A DNA stretch of 64,000 bases, taken from the NCBI GenBank assembly GCA_013239625.1, contig MU054001.1, forward strand, positions 558,001 through 622,000. The letters are read 5' to 3'. The notes under the pieces are model-generated. The model was not told the origin of the DNA. It searched no databases and saw only the letters and a program-made list of their open reading frames with translations. This document shows positions 20,506-32,568 of this stretch, piece after piece. This DNA is from Lama guanicoe. Lineage: Eukaryota. The stretch's first letter is position 1. Every line of letters starts with the position of its first letter. Made by a program: the position numbers and the translations under genes.

Positions 20506-23500
20506 GTGAGCCTCGGGTTCCCCGTGCCACCGCGTACCCGCCCCTTCGCGGACGGGCTTCCTGCCCTTCGAGCGGCGTCCGCGTCCTCTGGAGGACCGGA
20601 TGGACGCGGCCGTGCCCCGCGCACCCCCGGGCGCCCGGTGGACAAGGGCCGCGTGAATGTTGGGCGGGCTTCTCCTGATGTGACGGTCCCCGGGAGGGCG
20701 CGCGTGGGCGTGTCCCCTCCATCCACGCGCGGCAGCTTCACCCCCTCAGCTCGCGTCCAGGATGCTGATTTCTGAAGTGGAGCCTTGGAGGTTTGTGCCA
20801 CCGAGAATCTGAGTCTGTCACACAGACATCCTCATTACATCATCCTGCCACTCTGGGCCGCTAAGCTATCCCCCCACTACACTTAACCTCCCCCCCACCC
20901 CCGTTTTCTTCTACTGCCTTTTTGGTGTCAAGGACTGGAGAGAATCCTGAAAGATATCGAAGCATTTAGAGTTTATGGTTCTGTTGCTGTGGTTGTCACC
21001 TCCGCTCTACGTCAAATTTAAGACTCATTTCTTAAGGATGTCTCTATTTTCTGCTTTATTTGCACATTGATGGCTCTGCTGCTCGGCTGGCCACGGGCCG
21101 CCCGGCGTCTGAGATAGACTTGTGTTAATATGTGGAAGGGAAGAGCTGATCATTAGCAGGCAGACGGGATTCAGATAGCATCAGGCGGATTTTCTCCGTT
21201 TTCATGTGAAAGCTTTCACGTTTTTTCTGGTAGCCACGGGGTTTAACTTTTTGTCTTGGTAGTAGTGACGATACGGATAAGTGTCCCCCCCCCACCCCCC
21301 ATCCATTCCCCCATTCATTCATCAGCTTTCCCGTTTGGGAGCCTGCTTACTTTTAGCAGTAGTTTAACTGGTCCCTTGTCACTGAAGCTTTCTCCCCCGG
21401 CAGAGGTGGAAGCTAGCTCCCTCTGGTTCCAGGTTACCAAGACGACTCTTTCTTTTTGGCTTACTATTGCGTTTGTATCTTTCTGAACATTTTAACTTAC
21501 ACTAGGGATAGGTATGCCCTGATTGTTCTTAACGTAAAATGTTTAAGAATTCTAATTTTAAAACTTCCTAAGGGTTTATTGGTTTGTCATGTCTGCACAG
21601 ATCCTGTTAGGCATAACTCTTAAAACTTAAAGCTTTAAAATAAGATCCACAATTGTATTGCTAAGACACGAGCGTCGAGCTTGCTCTTCGAGTTTTGGCT
21701 GTACAGTTGTCATTGTTTAAATCAAGTGCAAAAGAGGTTAGGCCTGTTTATTTAATGTAGTAACTGTTTACAGTTAAAACTTTAAAGACTCATAAAAGTA
21801 GATCTGCTGTATTTTAAAGCTCTCATCATTCTTGTAGGAGAGAGACAACACTGACGCTAGGAAAGGCAACAGATTGCTTCTGTCATATCGCTTTGCTGTT
21901 TTGGAGTGTACTTAAAGGATTATGATTGATAAGGCTGTCTTGCCAGAGAATGTTGACACAGGTGTGCATCGTTATCCTAATTAAGATCCTGAGAAAATGT
22001 CCATAAAATGGTGACATAAGAAGGGAGGCATATTTTTGTACAGTTTTGCTTTTGGAGAATTTAATTGCACTAGAAACCTGTCTTGGAGCTTCCAGATTTT
22101 GTGAGCCCTTTGGCAGCAGAAGTTTTAGAGAGAAATGAGAGTTCAGTGCTAAGTGTTCTGGCATGTATTAATACTACTTGTGGCTTTTTGGCAATGCCTT
22201 TGTCAGCTTTCTTTGTGCTCTATCTTTGTGGAATAATGGTTCCTGTTTTAGAAAGAAAAGCATAAATAGAGTAGTATATTCTTAAGCAAACGGTTGGTGT
22301 TCAGAAAAAATCTGTAGAGGAAGGCGTGCTTAATGTGCAGGAACCAGGAATATAATAAAAAGGTAAATATAGAAGAAATGTATGCCCCTTCAGTTTTTGG
22401 AAAACAGTCTCCTAGAACGTTTTAATGACCTGAAACAATTTCTTTTTTCTTATCATCAAGTACTTAGCTACATTGTTTATGAAATGCCTCTTTTTTATTG
22501 CCAGAAATAAAGGAAAACGGTTTTATTTCTTCCAAAATAGGGTTCTGTAAATTTGAACTGATGAACAAGTGAAGATAGTGCATTTAAACTCTTCTTAGTT
22601 TAAGGATCTGATTCATAACCTGGGTGACTACTAAAATAATACTACTGTCCTTTACTTCAAATCTCTGAATGCAAAAACAATAGCAGAACGGATGCTTGGT
22701 TTACCCAGCACCTAATACCCTTCAACATAAGTATTGCATTAAGATTACCCCCCTCTCTTTGTAGCTCATGATTTCCTGGAAGCTGGCTGTCCATCAGTGT
22801 GTATATAAGATGTGTGAGTGTTTTTCTTTAATATTAAAACTCACTGTAGAAAGAGGAAATGAAAGTGGAGGAGGCCATAGGCGTCTGATCGGAGAGGCCA
22901 GGTGTAGAGTCACAGCTCATTCCTGACTCCAGGGATAATTAGCTGGCTAGAATTACATGGTAAACTAAAATCAGAGAATGACTTATTTAGATTCATTTGC
23001 TGAAAGTAAAACAAGAGCATTAATTTTCAGATAATTGCTTTGCTTACCCTCCCAACACCCCTATCAAAAACATTTTTTTCTGGCAGCTAAGATCAGCATC
23101 CTTGTGCTATTATCCATATATTACTTTCAAATTCGATATGCTGTGTTAAAAGAAATGAAATAGGAATATGAACTAATTACCTATCATCTGTTTTAATGAA
23201 TAACACTAAATAATTATTAATATATTTCTAATTATAGAAATCTTAGGGAAAATTTCAGTGTTCTTCGGTTGATAACGTGCAAGTAAATGAAATCATGTAA
23301 TCCTTAGTGAATTAAACATGTTCTTTAAAGTGGATTATGAAAACAGTATCATATTTGGAGTAACGTTTTAACTCTTGAGATAGCACAGCCTGTTTTGTGT
23401 GGTAATATCTCAGTATCTTTGTGTATTTCCCTTCAATGTCAACATTGTGTGGACGACTCCTGTAGCTTTAACATCTTTCTGGTATAATTGTTAGCTGTTT

Positions 23501-24035
23501 CATAGAGAATAATTATCTTAATACAATAGCAGCTGATACAACTCTAAGAAGATGTAAAATCTTGCAATTATTTTTTTCTTGTTCAGTAATGCCTCCAGTT
23601 TGCTTTCACAGCACTACTCTGGAGTGTGACACTCATGACTTATTTCTGCATAAACCTACAGTATTTTTATAGCTAGAGTATACCTACATACCAGGTTAGC
23701 TTGGCAAATTAACTTAGATGCTTCAAAACTGAAAACCAGTATATTCTATTGGAATTTAAGTTTAAATCTTTATTAGTAAGGATGCACTTAACATTTGTTC
23801 AGGAGAAGAGAATATAATTTTCTCCTGCAGTTATCATTTATGTAATCCATTTTTCTAGCCTTTTCTCAGGCTAATGATATTCCACACCTTGATACAGCCT
23901 TTCCTTGTTTATTTGCAGTAATATAGAGTGATACCTTGGAGAAAATTAGATTAGATATTCATATCTAATATCCCAAAAGTATTTAACTAGTCTTCTGTGT
24001 TTCCTTAAACGGAATCATTTCCGTTCTCTATGCAG

Positions 24036-24158
24036 GTTATAAGTGTGATGCTTCCATGACACATTTGGATATTTTCAACTAAGTTCACTTCTGAACTATG
24101 GGGTTCCTCCAGATGTTGCCTGAAATTTGTCCTTGCGCATCCCCACGCTCACCCCCAA
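24036..24158 (+). ncRNA. CRNDE: CRNDE internal exon (human exon 2 equivalent)
   Basis: Acceptor TTCTCTATGCAG, donor CAA|GTGAGT. The stretch AAGTGTGATGCTTCCAT...AAGTTCACTTCTGAACT...GGGGTTCCTCCA matches recalled human CRNDE. Confidence 0.75.
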
Positions 24159-25542
24159 GTGAGTGTCTGCACAGTTGTGCTTGTGTATGGAGTAAACTCA
24201 AAATAGCGTCCACATTTGTTTTACTGAAGCAGTTATATTGGTAATAGGGACGGACTACATACAGAATGTAGAGAGTATCTCTTGAGGCCTTTGGTTGTTA
24301 AAATTTTACCAATGCATTAAACAAAGTTTTAGTAAATAGAAAAATTTTTGATTCATGGAAATACACTGAATAATTTATTTTTTGAGATTAGTGAAATTTT
24401 TGAACTCAGTGCTTTTCATAAAAAGCAAAACAAAGGTTATGATATGTTATAGAAATAGAATCATTATTTAAAGGAAATGTTTATACCAAATTCCAGTTTT
24501 TGATTATTTTCCTTACTTCGTTCTTTTAAGAATAAATTTAGTGGGAGTATCAGCTGTAGTCATGGGTACTAAACTCTTAATGACAAAAGATATACAGGTA
24601 TGCACAAAATGTCACTCTTCATCAAAATAGGGGCTGCTGAGTACAAACTTATGAGACAGGCTATGAGAAAAAATATATTGTGCAGAATATTTGTGTTGTC
24701 TAGTAGGGATTTCGTGATGATGAATATTTTCTTAAGTAAAAAAGATGACCCCCTCCAAAAAAAAAGCTAATTCTACAGAAAGTAGCTCAAGTTAGTACAG
24801 CCTGCCATAGAATAAATGCTTCTCTGTGAATACTTTCAAAGGCGTTATGGTGATTTTTAACATTATATGAAGTAATACATAATTATTTTTAAGTAATGCA
24901 CTTGTGTTCCCTATCACTGATTGGGCCTTATGGAGTATGTATGACCAAGAACTGAAGCATTACAGTGACTTAGAAAACATACAAATATAAAGAAAATGTT
25001 AAGCAGTGAACAATCTAATCCCTCTTTGTTTGCCTCTAAGCTTAGTTTTTGCTTTTTGTTTTTTAACCACATGTAAAGTTGTTGAATTTAAAAGCCAGGA
25101 GGATTAGATTTTTTTTCCTTCTCCTAAGGATAAGTATAAGAAAAATCTAAACATATATGCACATTGGTTGAGTTTTATATCTGTTATCAGCCACAATTTA
25201 TTATTGAGATTCATATTTATTTCTTACATATGACTTTTATTCAAATGGATTAAAACTAATACTCCTTTTATATCAAATAGGTGTGTGTGTGATATAGGCG
25301 GGGGGTTCCCTGCTCTTGAAAATATGAAGAAAGCATGTCCTTTCAACAGTAATAGGTTATGGTTGATTAATTGAGAAGGTTTTACTAAATGTTCTCTAGT
25401 GGAAATGGCTACAGTAAGCTTTTTGAGAAACATATCATTCAGGAATAAAATCAATGGAAGTATTGGTAATTAAATTGTAATTCAATGCAGGAAGGAAGCA
25501 GTAGGAAAGATGAAGCTAACTCTTGCTGTTTTTCTCTTTAAG

Positions 25543-25607
25543 AATCTGCAGTTCATAATGGAGCTACTGTGCTGGCTTTGGAAGGAGGCGATTCTGAAGA
25601 TAGAGAG
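25543..25607 (+). ncRNA. CRNDE: CRNDE internal exon (human exon 4 equivalent, 65 nt)
   Basis: Acceptor TTTTTCTCTTTAAG, donor GAG|GTAATA. Translates LQFIMELL in one frame and LEGGDSEDRE in another, both resembling human CRNDEP segments. Confidence 0.78.
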
Positions 25608-27329
25608 GTAATATTATCTCTTCTAAAAGAATACTTTCCTCTGTAATCCTGCGCCTTTATTACATATAAGAACTTTATCTAGTAGACAGCAGTTTCTTTA
25701 AATTTGGGGTGTGGAAACGATCTGATTTTCCTGTGCTGAGTTTTTGAGCTGCTTCTCCCAGGGCTCTGGGCTGTGCTGGGAGAGCTGAGAAATCTCATCT
25801 AGGCATACTCAGCACCCTTAAAATAGCGTCTTTCTGAGAATGAGATCTGTGATGGTGGCCTGCTCTGTTCTAGTAGATGTCATTTTAGTTTGTGGTTGAT
25901 GTGCATGCATTGAGCACATTGCTTAGCTGTCCTCGTTGACCTCCCAGGTTTCATTGCCCTCTCTCTGCGGGGCGGTCCCCCCAGCTCTGAGCGGGAGACT
26001 TGCCGGTTGACAGCTGGTTCCAGAGCCCTGCCAGCGAGCTCGCCCGGCCCAGCCTGGGCTGCTCTAGCTCCCGTACGTGGGTTCCTTTCCTCGTGGTCAG
26101 CTCTAGGTCCCTTTCCATGTTTTGTGCAATCCTAGGCTACGGGTAATCCTTTCCTTCTCCTCTCACTACGTTGGCTGCTGCTTTCTTTGCAGCTGTTGCA
26201 GGATTCACATGGGATGGAGGACTCTGTTTTATTCCGGATGAGATCTTTGATAATTCCCCTGCATGCCTTTTCATTCTCAAAAAATGTAATGTTGGTGTTA
26301 AAGAGTGAATCAAAGATTCTTGAAGAACAAAAATGAAAAATTTGTGTCGATATGAAAAAGCTTCTGTCTTTTCCTACTACGTTGCCTGTGCAAGTTAAAT
26401 TAAAAACAGAGTAAACGACGAATCACTGTGTCTAAGAATGTTTGCACAGGCTTAAATTGTGTAGTGGTATTTATATATTTTTTTTCCTTTTTAAGAAAAA
26501 TGATACACTTTTCTAGTCATCAAAAAATGTCTACTCACTGGACTCTATCTACGGAGGGATATTAATAGAAGAATAAAGGGCTTCATGGTGTCTAATTATA
26601 TAATTAGGAAATTGGTAAGCAGTAGTGGTGGTTAAAACCAGTTTCTTCCATTAAAGAGCTAGTTTACATATAAAAACAAAAACCTTCAGAAAAAAAACTC
26701 TTTAATCTTTAAATCAAATGATGTTTTAGGTTAATACAGCAGGAAGGGGAAATATACCCATCTCAGATTCTTTTATTCATGCCTAGGTAGAGGTTGGAAG
26801 CAGCTGAGAAAGCCATTAACATAACATGTAGCCTAGGAAAAAAATGATGATATCAAAGTGATTACTTGGAAAGCAGTTCACACTTGCAGAACAACTCAAT
26901 ATTATGACCTTGACCAACTTTTAGATTTCATATACTTGGGTTATTACTCCAGCTTTTAAAATAGCAACCTATGGTATAGCTTGTGTATGGAATGCAAGGA
27001 TATTTTTGAATGGACTAGGTCTTACTGGTCATCTAAAATGTGCTACAGTATTACAAAGTTGATACGTAATATTTATTAATAGAAGGAAAGTATAAAATTT
27101 AATATCAGGGCAACTGAGACCTTTAAACCTTCTTTAAAAGTATAATCTTGACATCTATGACACTTTTTTGTCTTTGTTATATAGATAGGATTATGGACAG
27201 TCTACACTCCAAATGTTTTATTTATTAATTCCAAATTTTGTTCTTTACAGTGGGGCTTTTAAAATAAAAGGAATATGGGCTTTAGAGAGTAAGATTTTGA
27301 GTCATGGACTAATTTATTGAGCATTAGTA

Positions 27330-27930
27330 CACAGAAAAGCAGCCTTGATTAATTTGAAACTGTGAAAAAGAGGGCAGGTAAAACTGTTTTCAGCTGAAAT
27401 TTACTAATGCAGCAACTGTTTGAATTAAATGTTTGTTAACATAATAGTGATGGCATTTTCTCCTCCTCCTCCTTGTGGTTTTGTCCAACTAGATGTTACA
27501 GTGGCAGTTGCACTGACTGTTAAGTGTTTAAATGATGACACCATTATGTGAAGTGATTTTGAAATGAGAGATTCCAGCCAAGAATTACATCTGCTCCCAT
27601 CTCCTTCAAATCATACTCTCTGGCAGTACAGATTATGATTGATTTGTTTGTGACAGATTGCAGGAAACAGTCATTGATTTTTCAATATTTTACCTTAAAA
27701 TTATTTACAGTTGTAACCATGGGGAGGTATTTCCATGGGCTGTCAGCCCCTGAAAGACTAGGATAATATTCCCTGCTCTCTGACAAGACAAATTACCTGT
27801 AATGAGTGCAGTAGCTGAAGGGTATACTTTTATTTTAAAATATGTCAATAACCCCAGTGACTAAACGAATATTGATTTAGCATAATGAAGCCTGAGTAAT
27901 GTGAAAATGAGCTTTTTCAAGGAGCATGGT
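27330..27930. promoter_or_regulatory. Probable vertebrate-conserved element in CRNDE intron 4 (gVC-In4 equivalent)
   Basis: Lies between the exon 4 and exon 5 equivalents, where human CRNDE has its deeply conserved intronic block. Non-repetitive and rich in TGAC/TGATT/TAAT motifs. Boundaries estimated. Confidence 0.55.
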
Positions 27931-30190
27931 AAAGACTTTCTTTTTAGTTGGTTGTAAGAAGCTTTTCATTCTTTTCAACTTGCTGGTAGAGATAAGAAGT
28001 TTTATATGCAAACCATCAGGAATGATAGTGTTGTTTGTGATAACCAGGGTCCAAATATTTTGCCCTTGCTTTTATCGATTCTTTTGCAAATCTTATTTGC
28101 ACTCTTACTTTTCGTCATAGAATAGCTACTGATTTGCTTGCTCTTATCTTCAGCCAACTTAATATTTTTACAATTTTGGCATATTTCTCATCAGAACCCC
28201 CAGTATTGAATATTACAATATAAGTCTGTATACAATCACTTGTAGGTGACATAATAATTATCTTAAGACATTTCAGATGGGTTATTGTAGTATTTAATGT
28301 GCCGTATTTTATGGTAGAGTAATTCCCAGTCCCTGGACATCAGATTGCTTTCAGTGGGAATGAAGATTAATTTACTTAAGTCCTGATATTTTAGGCATCA
28401 GTGCATGTTTTCATTTTTGTTAGGCTTTCCCTCCCTTTTAAAATGTAATTCTCAACTTTTTATGGATTAAGATCCCAATACATTAGGTCCTTCAAAGAAG
28501 AATGATAGTAGAGTAGTATATAGCTTTATTTTATGGTCCATTTAGGAGCCTGACGATCTTATGCCTAAATAAGAATCCTCATGTCTAACTTGGTAAGGAG
28601 GAAATAGGGCAGGCAGTGCCGGTTACATGTAATAGAACAGTAAGTATTTGAAGATGTCTAACTGATATTCCATGGGAATCTAACATATTTTATAATAACC
28701 AATAGTAATAAAATTTTATTGAAAGCAAAAGTAAAACTGAGTCAGGATTTGAAGAAAATTCAGATGGCTCTTTGCGAGTGCTGCTTCTTGTGTAGCATCG
28801 CATCAGAAATGTTGCCATAACATGAAAAATATAAGCATATCTTTTAACGGAAAATAGGGTAGACTCTAGAACAAAAAATTATCATTTTATATTTTCTCGG
28901 GAATTTGCCTGAGGGTGTGACACAGATCATCTCTGTTACTCATCTTACTCATCTTAGTTGTGTCCTGCAATAAACTGGATGCTTTATAAAATACTGGTCC
29001 CATGGTTTCAAATACTGTAAGATTTTAGTTCCTCTTCACCTCTCCACCGTATTCTTTCTTTTTTTCCATAAAAGGAGCTTTGCAAATAGAAATATAAAGG
29101 TTACATCGTCATCATATATGAAACTGGTAGCCTAAATTCTTCAACCATTAATTTGGTTTAATACAGTTTTCTAAGTTGATACTGTATCCATAGAACTTGT
29201 CTATGGATAAGGCCTATCTATAGATATGCCTTCCAGAAAAAAATGAATATAGATTTTTTTTTCCTTAATTGTTTTTTTAAGGCAAAGTGTATTTTCATCA
29301 GACAAATCTATTCTAAGTAAAACATCTGTATTGTTATTTAGTTTATTTTGAAGTAAAATAATAAATGTATTATGGTGAGCACCTCCTGAGCTCATCATCT
29401 AGTTTAAAGCTGTCTGTTCGTTTTACAGTACATGTGCAGAAATATTTATGTGAATGAAATTCAATAAATACGTAGGTAAAGTTTTTTTCTAGGGAAATTA
29501 TTCTCTTTTGGATACTACGCCCTTTTCCATTTCTTTTCTCCTCTTGAAAAAAAAATCCTGCACTTGTTCTCCTTTACGGAAAAACTATTTAGATAAAGTG
29601 TTTTTAAATCATGCAAGTCACTGCTTGGGGTTGGTGGACACATTTATTTTTTTGAAAAGGAGAAAATGCCCCCATTTTAAAAATCTTTCTTGTATTTGTA
29701 TCTATTAAGATAAACAGTTTACTTTGATACGGTACATACCAATCTAATTTTTTTTCCAGAATTCATTTTACTGTTTGGCCTGACCCTCTATGATAACTTA
29801 ATATAGGAACAAATTAGCATATAATTCTATTTTCCATGTGACCTCAACCAGTTCCAGAATTGCACCGCTACTTTTGGGGGGCAATTTGATAGTTTATGTA
29901 GACTGTAGCATTAAGTGTTTACAAATGTTCACTGCATCCTGGCTAATATGTTATCGAAAATGTTTAAAAGTAAGCAGTTAGAGGAAATACTCACCCCTAT
30001 TCCTAAGGTATTAAAATGGCTCCGAAAGGTAGCATTTTTAATTAGTGTACATAATTGATTAGTGATTTGTCTTCTCCCAAGCATAAAGCAGCAGGGCAAA
30101 GTTAAGTGAGGTCAGTGAAGTATAAGAACATATTAGGGATTGATGGTGACAATGATCATGACAACTAAATTGATTTTTTTTTTCTTTTAG

Positions 30191-30350
30191 ATTCAGCTGT
30201 CGGTCTTTGACATTTCCTGTGGTCTGTTCACTCTAGATGCAAAGGACAAGGAAAAATCAGGTGCTTGTGTGGTTTAAATGTGTTTTGGATGCCCTTATTT
30301 ATAGATTACAATATTTTTCCAATTAAAATCCGCAGTTGTCATGCAGAAGA
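30191..30350 (+). ncRNA. CRNDE: CRNDE terminal exon
   Basis: Long poly-T tract plus TAG acceptor ending 30190; IQLSVFDISC resembles recalled human IQPLVFEISC; ATTAAA at 30322-30327. Confidence 0.75.
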
Positions 30351-31184
30351 TTGTTTTGATCACCAATTTTATTTAAAATGCTTAGCATTGTAGTGTATTA
30401 CCAAACATTTTCTGTTTTAATCAAAGTATAGAAAAAGTAAAATCAATTCTATATGTTGACTTTTTTCTAAAATGTTATTATTGCATTGAGTGAATGTTTA
30501 TATCTGAAAAAGAGAGTTCCAAAAAAAAAATCCCTTTCTCTATCATAGCAATTCTTCTGGCAGTCTGATATTATTAGAATTGGTTTAAAGTCACTTTCTA
30601 ATGTGATTCTATTATATTTACGGGAGAAAAAAGACTTGAAAGGTATCTGTATATATATTTTAATTCTCTATATTAGTCCCTCTGGAATAGAACATTTTCT
30701 CCTCAAAAAACCTATTAGCTCAACTCAGATACAAGGAGAGAATCATCTTAACTGGCAGAGCATTTGTTATGCATTTGAACATTTGGTTTATGTAAAGAAG
30801 GTTGACATCTAATCTTCCACAGAGTTCTTACATTTGGGTAGACTGAATAATGATGGTTTGCCTTGCCACTGGGAAATTCCTTGCTGTGGCCTTTGTGGCG
30901 GCTGTAGGAAAACGGGAGGATTCCTCTGTGGCAGGCAGGCCTCGGGCTTCTGTGGTGTGAACACTGGCAAGGGGTATGTCTGACCAGAGTTAGCCCCCAG
31001 TGAGGGAACTGGGGGGATTCACAGATGCTGATGACACTTGAAGAAACTGCTGTGAGTGACTGTTTTGTAAATGACCCACTTTCTACTTCATCTACTTCTA
31101 TAGTTTTTACAGAGAAAGTGCTATGAGAAATCCATAAGCTCAGATCTCCATACGGTAAGGTAAATGTATTAGGCTACAGCATAC

Positions 31185-31730
31185 CTTTTTTTTTTTAAAT
31201 TAAATTTTATATTTTGAGATAATTATAGGTTTTACATGCAGTTATAATAAATAATGGAGAGGTCCACTGTACCGTTCACCCGGTTTCCCCTAGTAGGTGC
31301 AGTATCTAATGCAGTATCACAGCCTGCTTCCCTCCGGCTCTCCCCCTTAACCTTTGCAGCCGCTAGACTGTCCTCCATTTCTATCAGTTTGTCTTTTCAA
31401 GAATGTTACATAAATGAAATCATACAGTATGTAACCTTTGGCAATTGGCTTTTCTCACTCAGCACAATTTTCTGGAGATTCAGCTATATCCGTTGATACA
31501 GTAGTCTGTGCTTTTTATTGTTGGGTGGTATTCCATGGTATGGTTGTCCACAGTTTGTTTAACCATTCGCCAGTTGGGATTTCAGGGTTGTTTCTGGCTT
31601 TTCACTATTACAGATAATACTGCTGTAAACATTAGTGTGCAGATTTTTGTGTGAACACAAGTTTTCATTTTCCTGGGATAAATGCCCAGGAGTGTGATTG
31701 TGGGTCATATGATAATTACATAGGGTATTT
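31185..31730 (-). mobile_element. Old LINE-1 (L1M) 3' fragment
   Basis: Poly-T start, TTTTATATTTTGAGATAATTATAG...ATCATACAGTATGTAACCTTT...GGGATAAATGCCCAGGAGTG. Confidence 0.8.
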
Positions 31731-32417
31731 TTTTTTTTTAAGGCTAGAATTGATTTTGTGTATGTATGGAAGGGTAGACAAAGAGGACATCTACATTTTT
31801 GTGGGTTTTTTGCTTTAACTGGATTTGTTTATGATTTTAAAACATACAGACTATCTTAAATAACTTATAGCTAGATGTCAAAAACCATTTTTCCACAACC
31901 TAGATTTAGTTCCTATTTTTAGAGAAATACTTTTAAGAAAAAATTACTTTTTTTGTGAGCAATTTCTAAGTAAAGGAATAAAGATGGCCATACACTACAG
32001 AAAAGATGCTGCAAAGCTGACAGGTTACTTGAGGGAAATTTGGGGGGAATTTTCCAAGTGTTGGTAGAGACTTGACATTCAAGGATGTATTGTAATAGTT
32101 TCTCAATTGATGGACTCTAGCTTTTATCACTACCGTGTTGCCTGCAGTTTTTATTTGTAGAGGTAATTCATTATCTTTACACTTTGTGTTCAGTGGTATT
32201 ACATTCAATGTCCATTTAATTCAATTACATGCACTTAGAAAAAGAAGGAAATAAAAAATAAAAAGTACCTTTTCCCAGTACATGGCCTCTAAAATGCAAC
32301 TACTTCACATGATGCTTAATGGAAGAAGCAGCTCTGTTCCCAGCCCTGGTTGAAATTATAGTTATGGTATACTTACTGGACATATTGAGGCACGTACAAA
32401 ATAGCTATGTGTGGTCT

Positions 32418-32568
32418 ATTTTATTTGTTTTATTTATTTATTTTTTGAGTGAGGGGAGGTAATTAGGTTTTTAAAGTTTATTTATCTTTTTAATGGAGGT
32501 ACTGAGGATTGAACCCAGGACCTCATGCATACTCGGCATGCACTCTACCGCTGAGCTATATCCTCCCC
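32418..32568 (-). mobile_element. tRNA-derived SINE, second Vic-1-like copy
   Basis: Reverse complement GGGGAGGATATAGCTCAGCGGTAGAGTGCATGCCGAGTATGCATGAGGTCCTGGGTTCAATCCTCAGTACCTCC, with the same body and tail as the copy at 5304. Confidence 0.88.

Larger units (their letters stand above)
15420..20800. promoter_or_regulatory. CpG island spanning the IRX5 gene body and the IRX5/CRNDE divergent promoter region
   Basis: Very high GC and CpG density by inspection; contains both 5' ends. Confidence 0.9.
20250..30350 (+). ncRNA. CRNDE: CRNDE (colorectal neoplasia differentially expressed) lncRNA orthologue, divergent to IRX5; TSS approximate
   Basis: Head-to-head with IRX5, about 10 kb span as in human. 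Donor GAG|GTGAGC at 20505/20506; internal exons 24036-24158 and 25543-25607; terminal exon from 30191 with ATTAAA at 30322-30327. Exon sequences resemble recalled human CRNDE. Confidence 0.85.

Noticed and set aside
17581..20801. Many long overlapping ORFs (e.g. 18130..18915 +, 17796..18455 +, 20124..20801 -)
   Set aside because: Pro/Arg/Ala/Gly-rich translations of a CpG island where stops are rare; no recognisable domain; several are antisense to IRX5 exons.
27525..27640. Possible intronic C/D box snoRNA (ATGATGA at about 27532)
   Set aside because: No CTGA D box with a terminal stem at a suitable distance downstream.
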